From NCBI GenBank assembly GCA_963664405.1, contig OY761158.1, positions 6,464,001 through 6,528,000 of the forward strand: a stretch of 64,000 nt of DNA, in the 5' to 3' direction. The stretch's first letter is position 1. Every line of letters starts with the position of its first letter. Shown piece by piece: positions 40,542-50,997 of the stretch. Below the pieces are notes generated by a model. That model had not been told where the DNA came from. It was given only the letters and a program-made list of their open reading frames with translations, and made no database searches. The DNA comes from Thermoanaerobaculia bacterium. GTDB taxonomy: Bacteria; Acidobacteriota; Thermoanaerobaculia; Multivoradales; Multivoraceae. The position numbers were made by a program, and so were the translations under genes.

Positions 40542-42464
40542 GTGTATCGGTTCTCTGCATCGTTTCTTCTCCTCCTCGGACTGAGCGGCGTCATCACCGC
40601 TCAAGAGCCGCTGCCCGACCCCGAGTCGCTCGAGTCCGCGTTCCCCTCTCGACGCGGCGGCTACTCGCCGTACGCCGGGCGCAACTTCCCGACCCGGCTA
40701 TTCTGGGGAGAGACGCATCTGCACACGGGGATGTCGTTCGACGCCGGTGCCTTCGGCGCCCGCCTCGGCCCCGATGACGCCTATCGCTTCGCGCGCGGCG
40801 AAGAGGTGGTCTCCTCGACCGGTCAGCCGGTCAAGCTCAGCCGTCCGCTCGATTTCCTGGTCGTCGCCGACCACTCCGACAACATGGGCTTCTTCCCCCG
40901 GCTCTACGGCGGGGAGCCGTCGATGCTCGCAGATCCGAGCGGACGCCGCTGGTACAACATGATCCAGGAGGGCGGCCAGCGTGGCGTCGAGGCCGCCGTG
41001 GAGATCATCCAAGCCATCACCGGTGACACATTCCCGCCCGTTCTCGCGTCGCTACCTGGATCCGACGCGTACCGGTCAGCGTGGCAGCGAACGATCGAGG
41101 CGGCCGAAGCCCACAACGAGCCCGGCAAGTTCTCCGCCTTCATCGGCTACGAGTGGACCTCGACCGACAAGGGCTACAACCTGCACCGGGTTGTCGTGTA
41201 TCGCGACGACGCGACGCGCGCCGCCGTGATGGAGCCGTATACGACGATTTCGCCCGCCGGTAGCCACGACCCTGTCGATCTGTGGAACTGGATGGGGGCC
41301 TACGAGGAGCGCACGGGCGGCCGGGTTCTCGCGATCGCTCACAACGGCAACCTCTCGAACGGTTGGATGTTCCCGATGATCGAGACCTATACCGGCCGGC
41401 CCGTGGACCGCGTCTACGCGGAGGCGCGGGCGCGCTGGGAGCCCCTCTACGAGGCCACCCAGATCAAGGGTGACGGCGAGACTCACCCCTTCCTGTCTCC
41501 GAACGACGAGTTCGCCGACTACGAAACCTGGGACTTCGGCAACCTCGATCTCACGGCGCTGAAGGAAGACTCGATGCTCGAGCGCGAGTACGCGCGCAGT
41601 GCCCTGCAGATGGGCCTTCAGCTCGAGCGCAAGCTCGGCGTGAACCCCTACAAGTTCGGCCTGGTCGGCGCCACCGACAGCCACACTGCTCTGTCAGCTG
41701 TCGAGGAGGAGAACTTCTTCGGCAAGCACTCTGGAGCCGAGCCCAATCCCAAGCGGGTCGAGCACGCGCTGGCGAAGATGGGCGAGCTCGAGTACGCCGG
41801 ATGGTCGATGACGGCGTCCGGCTATCAGGCTGTGTGGGCGACCGAGAACACACGCGAGGCGCTCTTCGACGCCATGATGCGCAAAGAGACCTACGCCACG
41901 ACGGGGCCCCGGATCACGGTGCGCTTCTTCGGTGGCTGGGAATTCGAGGCCGCCGATGTGCAAAATCGCCTGCCTGCCAACTTCGGCTACACCAAGGGGG
42001 TACCGATGGGTGCCGATCTGCCGCGGAGCAACGGCAGCGCCGCCCCGTCGTTCCTCGTCGCTGCGCTCCGCGACCCGATGTCGGGCAACCTCGATCGGAT
42101 CCAGATCGTCAAGGGCTGGATCGACGCCGACGGCGAACGTCACGAGAAGGTCTACGACGTCGCCTGGTCGGGCAACCGCTCGCCCGGCTACGACGGCAAG
42201 GTGCCGCCGGTCGGCAACACCGTCGACGTGGCTACGGCGACCTGGACGAACACGATCGGCAGCCCCGAGCTCGCCGTCGTCTGGTTCGACCCCGATTTCG
42301 ACCCCGACCTTCCGGCCGTGTACTATGCCCGGATCCTCGAGATCCCCACGCCACGCTGGACGGCCTACGATGCACTGCGCTTCGGCATCGACATGCCGAC
42401 CGCGGAGGTGCCGATGACACATCAGGAGCGGGCCTACACCTCGCCGATCTGGTATGCGCCGTGA
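40542..42464 (+). CDS. DUF3604 family secreted PHP-like protein
   Basis: WGETHLHT, DHSD, GYEWTS, HNGNLSNG, ERAYTSPIWY. Confidence 0.85.
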   Translation: MYRFSASFLLLLGLSGVITAQEPLPDPESLESAFPSRRGGYSPYAGRNFPTRLFWGETHLHTGMSFDAGAFGARLGPDDAYRFARGEEVVSSTGQPVKLSRPLDFLVVADHSDNMGFFPRLYGGEPSMLADPSGRRWYNMIQEGGQRGVEAAVEIIQAITGDTFPPVLASLPGSDAYRSAWQRTIEAAEAHNEPGKFSAFIGYEWTSTDKGYNLHRVVVYRDDATRAAVMEPYTTISPAGSHDPVDLWNWMGAYEERTGGRVLAIAHNGNLSNGWMFPMIETYTGRPVDRVYAEARARWEPLYEATQIKGDGETHPFLSPNDEFADYETWDFGNLDLTALKEDSMLEREYARSALQMGLQLERKLGVNPYKFGLVGATDSHTALSAVEEENFFGKHSGAEPNPKRVEHALAKMGELEYAGWSMTASGYQAVWATENTREALFDAMMRKETYATTGPRITVRFFGGWEFEAADVQNRLPANFGYTKGVPMGADLPRSNGSAAPSFLVAALRDPMSGNLDRIQIVKGWIDADGERHEKVYDVAWSGNRSPGYDGKVPPVGNTVDVATATWTNTIGSPELAVVWFDPDFDPDLPAVYYARILEIPTPRWTAYDALRFGIDMPTAEVPMTHQERAYTSPIWYAP

Positions 42465-42581
42465 TCCGGGGCCCCGCCGGGCAGAAACTCCTTGCGCATT
42501 CCGCTGGCAGAACAGCCACCTCCTGCCTCGCGTGACTCCGCAAGATCCTCCTCATCCCTGGGCCGCCCTGGGGGGAGATTG

Positions 42582-42616
42582 CGACACGCTGTCGCGAAAT
42601 CTGTATAGAGGCGACA
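42582..42616. repeat. CGACA-N3-TGTCG-N17-CGACA site (terminal-type arrangement)
   Basis: Same 27-bp box family as the cassette junctions, and the same arrangement as 59204-59238. Confidence 0.65.
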
Positions 42617-42940
42617 TCACCCGCTTCCAAGAGCCTCCCGTCCTGGCACCTTCCAAGGTAGATGACGCCACAGACTGAGCCGCGTTGGATCGGAGACGAG
42701 CAGCTCCCCTCCCTTGCATTCTTGCGAGGCGTTGCTATGGTGGCTAAATAGGAAGTCCTTTTTAGCACTGCCTTGAGCTCCCCTCTCGACCCTTATGGAA
42801 TGGGGGTTTTCAAGGCTCTAATCTGACTACTGGACGCAACGCCCGAAAAGTGAGCCAGCCAACGCTTAGAAAGTGATCCACCCTCGGCCAAAAGCCGGTA
42901 GCTTGGTCTTGTGAAAAAGGACTGAGCTACTGGAGGAAGG

Positions 42941-44389
42941 ATGCTGAAGATGGATCAGGTACATGTTATCCGGCACAAGGTGCTGATCGAGGGTCGTAGC
43001 GAGCGATCGGTGGCCCTTGAGCTGGGAGTGAGCCGGAATACGGTTCGCAAGTACAGGGAGATGAGCGAGCCTCGGCGGGTGGTGTTGGCACCGCGCCGTC
43101 GCATGGTGCTGGAGCGGGTGGCTCCGCGTATGGAGGAGCTTCTTGAGGATTGGTCGAGACGGACGACTCGCAAGCAGCGGATCACGGGGAGTCGTCTGCA
43201 TAGCGAGCTGGTGTCGGAAGGCTTGGAGGTCGGGATCACGACCGTTCGGAGCTACTTTCGAGAGTGGAAGCGTCAGCGTCAGGAGGCCTACATCCCGCTG
43301 ATCCACCGCCCTGGGGAGGAAGCGCAGGTGGACTTCTTCGAGGTCACGGTCGAAGAAGACGGCACCGCACACCGGGTGTGGAAGTTTGTGATGCACTTTC
43401 CGTACTCGGGCCGTTCGTTCGTCTGGCTCTACGATCGCGCGGACCAGGTGTCGTTTCTGGAGGGTCACGTTCGAGCCTTCGCGTACCTGGATTGCGTTCC
43501 CCATCGTTGTGTTTATGACAATTTGACAGCAGCCGTCCGTCGCCGGGTGGGCGTCGAGCGGGTACTGACGGATCGATTCCAAGCGTTGGTGAGCCACTAC
43601 TTGTTCGAGGCTTGCTTCGCGCGTCCCGGTGAGGGTCACGACAAGGGGAGCGTGGAGTCTCGAGGCAAGGGTTTACGCTTGGCGCATCTGACGCCAGTGC
43701 CTCGGGGTCGATCTCTGACCGAGATCGCGGAGTCCGTTCTCGCATCGGTGGAATCGGCGTTCCACAGCAAGGCGGGGCCGAAGTGGGAGGAGGAGCTGAA
43801 AGGGATGCTCGAGCTCCCGCGGTTCGCGTTCGACCCCAGATCGCCGGAAGTGGTGCGGGTATCCCGCCAGGCGATGGTGCAGGTGAAGGGATCGACCTAC
43901 TCGGTACCGTCACGGTGGAAGAGTCTGCAGATCTCAGCGCTGATCGGAGTCGAGGAGATCACGTTTCAGTGCCGCGGCGAGGAGGTTCACTCTCGCCGTG
44001 TCCGTCGGGGGAAACGAGAGATTCTCTATTCCCACTACTTCGACGAGCTCGCTCGCAAGCCGCAGGCGGTGCGCCAAGTGGCGCCGGAGCTCTTGGCCGA
44101 GCTCGGCGAGCCGTACCGCAAGCTCTGGACGATGCTGGACTCGCGCTATGGAGCCTTGGAAACAGCGCGACTGTTCGCCAAACTGCTGGGCTCGGTGTTG
44201 GATCACGGGACCGAGGATGTAGCCGTGGCGCTCGAGGAAGCACTCGGTGCCGGTCGTTTTGACCTGCTGAGTCTCGAGCGGCCTGTTGAGCCCTCGAAAA
44301 ACGAGGTTCCCGAGGGTCTCAAAGAGCACGAGATCGAATCCGCTCGAGCCGCTGACTTCGACGCGCTGCTAGAGGGGTCTGTGTCATGA
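42941..44389 (+). CDS. istA: IS21 transposase
   Basis: [20 protein letters not shown]. Confidence 0.93.
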   Translation: MLKMDQVHVIRHKVLIEGRSERSVALELGVSRNTVRKYREMSEPRRVVLAPRRRMVLERVAPRMEELLEDWSRRTTRKQRITGSRLHSELVSEGLEVGITTVRSYFREWKRQRQEAYIPLIHRPGEEAQVDFFEVTVEEDGTAHRVWKFVMHFPYSGRSFVWLYDRADQVSFLEGHVRAFAYLDCVPHRCVYDNLTAAVRRRVGVERVLTDRFQALVSHYLFEACFARPGEGHDKGSVESRGKGLRLAHLTPVPRGRSLTEIAESVLASVESAFHSKAGPKWEEELKGMLELPRFAFDPRSPEVVRVSRQAMVQVKGSTYSVPSRWKSLQISALIGVEEITFQCRGEEVHSRRVRRGKREILYSHYFDELARKPQAVRQVAPELLAELGEPYRKLWTMLDSRYGALETARLFAKLLGSVLDHGTEDVAVALEEALGAGRFDLLSLERPVEPSKNEVPEGLKEHEIESARAADFDALLEGSVS

Positions 44390-45138
44390 GCCGGGCTGCG
44401 CGTCGGGCGGTGATGCAGGAGTACTTGCGGAGCTTGAAGCTTCCCTCCGTCCTTCGAGACTACGAGGATCGAGCCCGGCAGGCTCAGGACGGCCAGTGGG
44501 ACTACGAGGACTACCTGCGCGATCTGCTAGACACGGAGATCCGGGACCGAGAAGCCCGAACCGTGCAGCGCCGGCTCAAGTCGGCTCGCTTCCCCGACCA
44601 CAAGACACTCGAGCAGATCGATTGGAACGCCCTGTCTGGAGTCTCCAAGCCGAAGCTCAACGAGCTCGCCTCGTGCGAGTACATCGAGCGTGGCGAGGAC
44701 ATCATATTGGTCGGCCCGATCGGCACGGGAAAAACGCATCTGGGTATTGCACTGGGCATCGAGGCCGCGAAGCGCCGGTACCGTGTGCTCTTTTGCAAGG
44801 TCTCCGACTTGGTCCGCGATCTGCTCGAGGCGCGCGAGCACCGCGAGCTCCGCCGACTCCAGCAACGCCTTCTACGAGTCGACCTCTTGGTCTGCGACGA
44901 AGTGGGCTTTGTGCCGTTCGACCGGGCTGGAGGGGAGCTCCTTTTCAACGTCTTCGCGGATCGATACGAGAGGAAATCCACGATCGTGACGTCAAATCTG
45001 GCGTTCTCAGAATGGGTCAAGGTCTTCGCCGACGAAAAGCTCACGACGGCGCTTCTGGATCGGCTTTCGCATCATGCCCACATCCTCACCACCAAGGGCT
45101 CCTCGTACCGCACCCGCTCTCGGAGAAAAGTCAAATGA
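44386..45138 (+). CDS. istB: IS21 helper ATPase
   Basis: [23 protein letters not shown]. Confidence 0.93.
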   Translation: MSRAARRAVMQEYLRSLKLPSVLRDYEDRARQAQDGQWDYEDYLRDLLDTEIRDREARTVQRRLKSARFPDHKTLEQIDWNALSGVSKPKLNELASCEYIERGEDIILVGPIGTGKTHLGIALGIEAAKRRYRVLFCKVSDLVRDLLEAREHRELRRLQQRLLRVDLLVCDEVGFVPFDRAGGELLFNVFADRYERKSTIVTSNLAFSEWVKVFADEKLTTALLDRLSHHAHILTTKGSSYRTRSRRKVK

Positions 45139-45471
45139 GCCGCTCTCGAGGGGTACCTACGGCCTGCACCAGGCAGAGATCGGGCCTCTACGAGCCTCTC
45201 CGCGCGGCCGTCGCTCCGGAATCGGCTGCGGAATCTGACCGCCTGCGGAAAACGGCAGACCGTTTCCACGCAGGCCTTGGAAAACCGGCAGACCGGTTTC
45301 CCACAGCTACCGCACCCGCGACGACGACGATCTAGTACTGAAGCACTGAAGAAGGGAGAAAGACAGGAAATCCCGTACACTCAAACTTGCTGAGAGTGGC
45401 TCACTTTCAAAACGGTGAACGGCTCACTTTTCAAACGTTGCCACCAGACTACCCTTTTTAGCCACCCATCT

Positions 45472-46104
45472 ATGCCCTCATCATCCACCAAACGCGTCGC
45501 GATCTACGCCAGGGTCTCGACCATCGACAAGAACCAAGATCCGGAGACACAGCTTCGAGTGCTTCGAGATCTCGTACACCACCACGACGGCTGGAGTGTT
45601 GCCGACGAGTTTGTCGACCATGCCAGTGGTGGGACGACGGATCGCGAGCAGTACCAGGAACTTCTCGACAGCGTGCGCAAGCGCCAGGTCGACGTTGTTC
45701 TCGTCTACCGCTACAACCGCTTTGCTCGATCGACCCGGGAGCTCATCAACGCACTCGAGGAGTTTCGCGCCCTCGATGTCGACTTCATCTCCTACTCCGA
45801 GAACATCGACACCACGACACCCCAGGGAAGATTTTTCTTCACAGTGATCGCTGGTTTTGCGGAGCTCGAACGCGAGCAGATCTCAGAGAACGTGCGTGTC
45901 GGTATGGCCAGAGCACGAGCGCAAGGCAAACAGATTTCCCGACCTCGGATCCCGGAAGCCAAGCAGAAGCAGCTCCGCGATCTCGCTGCATCCGGCAAGT
46001 CGAAACGCTCGATCGCTCGGGAGCTCGGCATCAATCGCCAGACCGTGGCGAACTATCTAGCGGAAAAAGCCCAAGAATCACCTGCTCCAAAAGGGGGTCC
46101 CTAA
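45472..46104 (+). CDS. small serine recombinase (resolvase/invertase) with C-terminal HTH
   Basis: YARVST catalytic motif, RFARS, AELERE, HTH SIARELGINRQTV. Confidence 0.92.
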   Translation: MPSSSTKRVAIYARVSTIDKNQDPETQLRVLRDLVHHHDGWSVADEFVDHASGGTTDREQYQELLDSVRKRQVDVVLVYRYNRFARSTRELINALEEFRALDVDFISYSENIDTTTPQGRFFFTVIAGFAELEREQISENVRVGMARARAQGKQISRPRIPEAKQKQLRDLAASGKSKRSIARELGINRQTVANYLAEKAQESPAPKGGP

Positions 46105-46186
46105 ACCCTGCGGGGCCTGTAGCTACGGGCTCACGGGCTCTTTCGCTGCCAAGAGAAGGTGTCCCTAAAGGAGTGCCTTTTGAGCC

Positions 46187-46290
46187 CTCAGCGGCCCGCC
46201 ATCCACCACGACAGGGCGAGATCAACGCCTCTCCGCCCGCTTTTATTCAGATCGGGCTATACGTGTCGTAGTGCGCCAGATTTCGCGACA
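46187..46290. repeat. cassette junction site 1 (degenerate first box + 50 bp + full box)
   Basis: ..CGCC..CACGACA, then GCTATACG TGTCGTAGTG CGCC AGA TTTCGCGACA. Confidence 0.75.
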
Positions 46291-46293
46291 CGC

Positions 46294-46335
46294 TCAACCA
46301 GTCGGCGCCAGCCGCTCAAGCTCCTCGAACCAGTG
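46294..46335 (-). pseudogene. C-terminal remnant of a kinase paralog
   Basis: HWFEELERLAPTG* matches the ends WFEELERLVPTD* and WVEELERLVPTE* of the neighbouring kinases. Confidence 0.75.
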
Positions 46336-46346
46336 GAGGGCGGCGT

Positions 46347-47798
46347 TCACCGAACACCCAGCACCGCGCGACCGGGAGCCACACCCTCGACCAGCTGGCC
46401 GTCTCTGAGTACTGCAGTCCCTCCGACGAGCACGTGGATCATCCCCTGGGACGGAGTATCTCCTTTGGTGAACGTGGACCGGTCGAGGATGGTGTCGGGA
46501 TCGAAGATCGCGAGGTCCGCATCGGCGCCGACCTGCAATCGGCCCTTCTTCTTCATCGCCGGCGCAGCGCCTGCGAGCCGTTCGGCGGGCAGCAGAGTCA
46601 TTTTCGCGAGCGCATCCATCAAGCTCAGCGCGTTGCGTTCCCGCACGTAGTGTCCCAACACCCGCGAAAAGGTGCCCGCGCCTCGTGGGTGTGCGGGACC
46701 GTAAAGATAGGGAATCCCGTCGCTCGCGACCATCACGTCCGTCTGGGCGGTGATCCATTCGTTGGTCTCTTCGTTGCGTCCGTGAATGATGACCCAGCCC
46801 CCTTGTTGTCGATACTTGGTGAAAGTCGCGGTCGTGAGTCTTTCGCCAGTCGGGGGCCACTGAAGTTGCTGGTAGTCGTCGTCGGTCAAGTCCTGCCACG
46901 AATCGAACCACGCGGATTGGATCAACGTCGAGCCGGCGGTGTACGGATAGGCTTCCGTCGTGACGTCGAGCCCGCGCTCCTGCGCGCCTCGAATCATCCC
47001 CAACGTGACGCGCGCCAACTCGTCGGAGCTGCTGTTCATGTGAACGATGTGGGCGGAGACGCCGGTCGACGCGGCGTTCGAAAGGACTTCCTGAAACGCA
47101 CCGAGCGTGCCGCCGGAGTTCTCGCCGCGGACATGGATGTAGATCGGCACGCTACGGGAAGCGGCGAGATCGAACAGCTGCAGAATCTCCACCCGAGAAG
47201 CGCCGGGGGTGTACGTCAGGCCGAACCCGATTCCGAGAGCGCCTTCGTCCAGCCCCTGTTCGAGCATCGAGCTCAGCTCTGAAAGTTCGTCTTCGGTCGC
47301 GAGTTTGTAAGCGTGCTGGCCCTTGTTGAGCTCGGCCTGCTCGTCTGGCGGAAGCGTCGGAAGATGTTTCAACGCGACGCCGTCCATGAGCTTGGCTCGC
47401 GCAGGCCAGTGCCCGACCGTTGCCCCGTAGTGGATCAGAGCGCCTTCTCGTGACGTGAGCCACTCACCGACGGGGTAGACACCTACTTCCATCTCGAGCG
47501 CGGTCGTGACGCCGTCGGCGGCTTGCAAGCGGTTGCTCACCGGATCCTGTCCATGCGCGTGAAGGTCGATGAAGCCGGGTGCGACGACGAGTCCATCCGC
47601 CTCGATGGTCGCACGGCCTTCGAGCGGTGACTCGCTGATGGCCGTGATCCGACCGTCGGAAATCCCGACGTGCCGCACCGCGTCGAGGCCGGTCTCGGGA
47701 TCCATCACCGACCCGTTTTCGATGACGAGATCGAAATCTTGGGCCGGCGCCAGCGACGCGAACGCTAGTAGTATGAGAAATGGTTTCATGACGCGCAC
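46347..47798 (-). CDS. amidohydrolase (D-aminoacylase-like), secreted
   Basis: Signal peptide, PGFIDLHAH, HPRGAGTF, KGRLQVGADADL. Confidence 0.88.
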   Translation of the reverse strand: MRVMKPFLILLAFASLAPAQDFDLVIENGSVMDPETGLDAVRHVGISDGRITAISESPLEGRATIEADGLVVAPGFIDLHAHGQDPVSNRLQAADGVTTALEMEVGVYPVGEWLTSREGALIHYGATVGHWPARAKLMDGVALKHLPTLPPDEQAELNKGQHAYKLATEDELSELSSMLEQGLDEGALGIGFGLTYTPGASRVEILQLFDLAASRSVPIYIHVRGENSGGTLGAFQEVLSNAASTGVSAHIVHMNSSSDELARVTLGMIRGAQERGLDVTTEAYPYTAGSTLIQSAWFDSWQDLTDDDYQQLQWPPTGERLTTATFTKYRQQGGWVIIHGRNEETNEWITAQTDVMVASDGIPYLYGPAHPRGAGTFSRVLGHYVRERNALSLMDALAKMTLLPAERLAGAAPAMKKKGRLQVGADADLAIFDPDTILDRSTFTKGDTPSQGMIHVLVGGTAVLRDGQLVEGVAPGRAVLGVR

Positions 47799-47827
47799 AC
47801 GATTATTCCATCAGGCCCCGTAGTACA

Positions 47828-47870
47828 GGATCTCGTAGTGACGCAGGCGCGTGCCTGCTTCTAGTGACAT
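47828..47870 (-). pseudogene. N-terminal remnant of a kinase paralog
   Basis: MSLEAGTRLRHYEI vs [14 protein letters not shown]; ATG is 60 bp from the junction box, as in intact units. Confidence 0.75.
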
Positions 47871-47930
47871 CGGTGGGCGGATCTTATCGGACGTGCGAAG
47901 CAGTCAGCGGATCAGAGAGGTGATCCCCCC

Positions 47931-48023
47931 TGTCGCAAAGCACCGAATTTCACGACAGCCCCTTCTCTCAGAGGGTCATCTGCTTTCGGCTATACCTGTC
48001 GCAGAGCGCCCAAAAGTGCGACA
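47931..48023. repeat. cassette junction site 2 (two 27-bp boxes, 39-bp spacer)
   Basis: TGTCGCAAAG CACC GAA TTTCACGACA ... GCTATACC TGTCGCAGAG CGCC CAA AAGTGCGACA. Confidence 0.85.
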
Positions 48024-48027
48024 CGCG

Positions 48028-50702
48028 TCACTCGGTAGGTACGAGGCGTTCCAGCTCTTCGACCCAGCTCTCGACTATCACGACCCCTCCGTTCGACGAG
48101 TCCCCCCCCTGTCTAGCCATGACGAATCGTTGCCCATCAAGCGAGACGTCGTAGTTCGGGTTCCCGTTGGGATCTCTTGCATAGTTCCCCTCAAACAGGA
48201 TCTTCGGTCTCTGAGGCGAGAGTGGGCCAGAGGTCTGAACGCTCACCGACATCATGCGCAGGCCGTCGCGATAGAAGAGCTCGCGCCCGTCTCGGGACCA
48301 CAACGGCTCGCGTCCCCCTTCACTCGAGACCTTTACGGCGCCGCGGGGACCTGGGAAAGGAGCAACGAAGACCTCATCCGGCCCTTCTTCGTCGGAAACA
48401 TAGGCGAGCCAACGACCGTTTGGCGAGAGCACGGGCGCTCTTTCGTCATTCGGCGTAGACAGCCATGGCGACCTCTCACCTTCATGCAGTATCCAGATGT
48501 CACGCTGTGTGGACGGCGGGATCTCGTAGTAGACGAGGGTCTGCCCGTCTTGCGACCAGTTTCCTGGGGCTTGGATGATCTGGCCCTCAAGCAATTGGAG
48601 AGGCTCTGTGCTTCGGTCGGCGGCGACGACATGAAGATTGCGCCAGCCGCCGACTCCCCGTGTCTGAAACGTGATGCTCTCGCCGTCTGCAGTCCAAATG
48701 GGCCACGAGGCACCAAAATCGGTAAGGCGCGAGAAGATGTCTCGTTGCAGGTCGTAGAGCCAGATGTCCGGGGTGCCTCGAGTTACTCCGAGGGCGAGAC
48801 TCATCCCGTCTGGCGAAAGGCGGGGCCAGCTTGCAGCGCCGTCCGACGTCGCCAGGAGTTCTTCGTCTCCATCTCGATCGACCCAGACCAGGGTGTCGCT
48901 CACAATCTGGCCCAGCTCGTACGCGAGCGTTCCGTTCGAGGAGACCGAGATGCCGGCTCTCGTGTCGACGGCCCGCCTACCGTCCGTAGAGCGCAACGAG
49001 CGCAACGAGTGGATCACAGGGGCCGGTTCTCCAACGATCTGGACATTCTCTAGATCGAAGGGAGCTGCCCAAATGGCATCCCCACGAAGGAAGACAAGGT
49101 GCCCCGGTGGGACGAATCGCGGATCGGTTGCGTCCTCGATAAGGAGTCGCCGATTCTTCCCGGTGGCGACATCGGCGACCTCAACGTTGTAGTCCCCGTC
49201 GTCGCCCGTGACTAAGAGAAAGAATTCAGCACCCGCAAGAAGTTGCGGTCGCCAGGGAACGAAACCGCTGTCGAAGGTAAGTATATTCTCAGGCTCGCCT
49301 CCCGAGCCTGACACTTTGAGGATCCCCTCGCCGTCCATGCCGAAGACGATGAGGTCTCCCTCCCAACTCGCGCCTCTCACAATGTTGTGGACCTCGCACA
49401 GAGATACAGGAGTCCCTCCTGCAAGCGGGATCTTCCGCATGTGTGCCCCATCCAGGAAACCGACCCAAGCTCCATCTGGTGAGAAGAATGGCGAGGATGC
49501 GCCTTCAGTTCCCAGAATCGGAGAAGCCTCGAGGGTGTCGAGACGGCGTCGATAGAGACGGGCGACACCCTCTTCCTCGCCAGTGAAGACGAGAGTTCTG
49601 CCGTCCGGTGAGAGGGCGATCAAGGATGCAGAAGAGCCCGAGACCTGGCTCAAGGGAAGGTTCAGGAGGTAGCGAGAGGTGGGGAGCGGTTGGGAGAGAG
49701 GCCGCGGCCGATTCCAAACTACGATACCTGTTGCTGCGGACCCCAGTATCAAGGCGCAGATCGCCGTGGCAAAGGAACCGCGCGAGAAGGACCTTCGATC
49801 GGAGGGGTCGGGAACCACCGTCGTTGTCGCGTCCAAGCCCGAGAGAGACTCTTCGATCTCGATCCGGGCCATGGCGATGTCGGGAATGCGCTGCTGCTTT
49901 TTTTTCTCGAGAGAACGCCGTACCAGCCGCCGAATCGATGAAGGCAGTTCGACCGGCAGCGCCTCAAGGTCCGGCTGGTCCCGGAGCACTGCTGCCAGAG
50001 TGTTGGGCGCATCTTCACCTTGAAAGGCGCGCTGCCCGGTCAGTGCCTCGTAGAGGCAAGCACCGAAGGCCCAAACGTCGGTCCTCTTGTCCACCGCCTT
50101 TCCAGACGCCTGTTCCGGGCTCATGTAGGCTGCGGTGCCGAGGATCTGTCCGCGCTGCGTCGCCGCAAGGGTGAGAGTGGGTGAGTTGGAGAGGCCCGGA
50201 TCGACCATGTCAGCCTCTTTGACCATGGCCTTCGCCAGGCCGAAGTCGAGGATCTTGACGTTCGACTCATCCGTGCCGAGCTTGATGTTGGCAGGCTTCA
50301 GATCGCGGTGGATGATGCTCTTCTCATTCGCCGCCTCGAGCCCCTCTGCGATCTGCAGGAACAGCGGCAGCGCCTCATCGACAGGGATAGCTCCTCTCTT
50401 GATGCGGTCAGCCAACGTCTCGCCCTCGACCAACTCCATCACGAGGAAGTTGGTATCGCCTTCCCGTTCGAAGGCGTGGAGGCTGGCGATGTTCTTGTGG
50501 TTGAGCGAGGCCAGGACCCGCGCCTCGCGCTCGAATCGAGCTAGACGCTCCGGGTCAGAGGCGACCTCGTCGAGAAGTGCTTGATCGCCACCTCGCGGCC
50601 CAACTTGGTGTCGCGAGCTCGATACACCTCACCCATGCCCCCTGCACCGAGGGAAGAGACCACTTCGTAGTGGCCGAGGCGAGTGCCAGCTTCTAGAGCC
50701 AT
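48028..50702 (-). pseudogene. Ser/Thr kinase + TM + TolB/PD40 beta-propeller, 1-bp frameshift near 50579
   Basis: [22 protein letters not shown] in one frame and HRDLKPAN/DFG in another; AAG-CA-CTT lacks one base relative to KLLL in the paralogs. Confidence 0.85.
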
Positions 50703-50763
50703 TGACTTGGCGACATCATACCCGTCGCCCGGGGGATTCAGCGGCTCAGAGCTCGATTTGCGA

Positions 50764-50855
50764 TGTCGCAAAGCACCCGGAACTACGACAGTTCGCCGAT
50801 TTCGGCGTTATCGAGATTCAGCTATACGTGTCGTCTCTCGCCAGATTTCACGACA
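50764..50855. repeat. cassette junction site 3 (two boxes, 38-bp spacer)
   Basis: TGTCGCAAAG CACC CGG AACTACGACA ... GCTATACG TGTCGTCTCT CGCC AGA TTTCACGACA. Confidence 0.85.
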
Positions 50856-50997
50856 CTGACGATGTTGTCCATTGCACCTTCCACTACAAAAGGTGCCAAC
50901 TCGTTTGAGAACCGTGACTATCAGTCCGTTAAGGACGACGGCGATCGCGACGCCCGCAAGACTTGGGAGATCCGGGCGCGGAACCGGTGCTTCGGCT

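Larger units (their letters stand above)
42831..45446 (+). mobile_element. IS21 family element
   Basis: TIRs TGGACGCAACGCCCGAAAAGTGAGCC / TGGTGGCAACGTTTGAAAAGTGAGCC; 6-bp TSD GACTAC. Confidence 0.93.
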
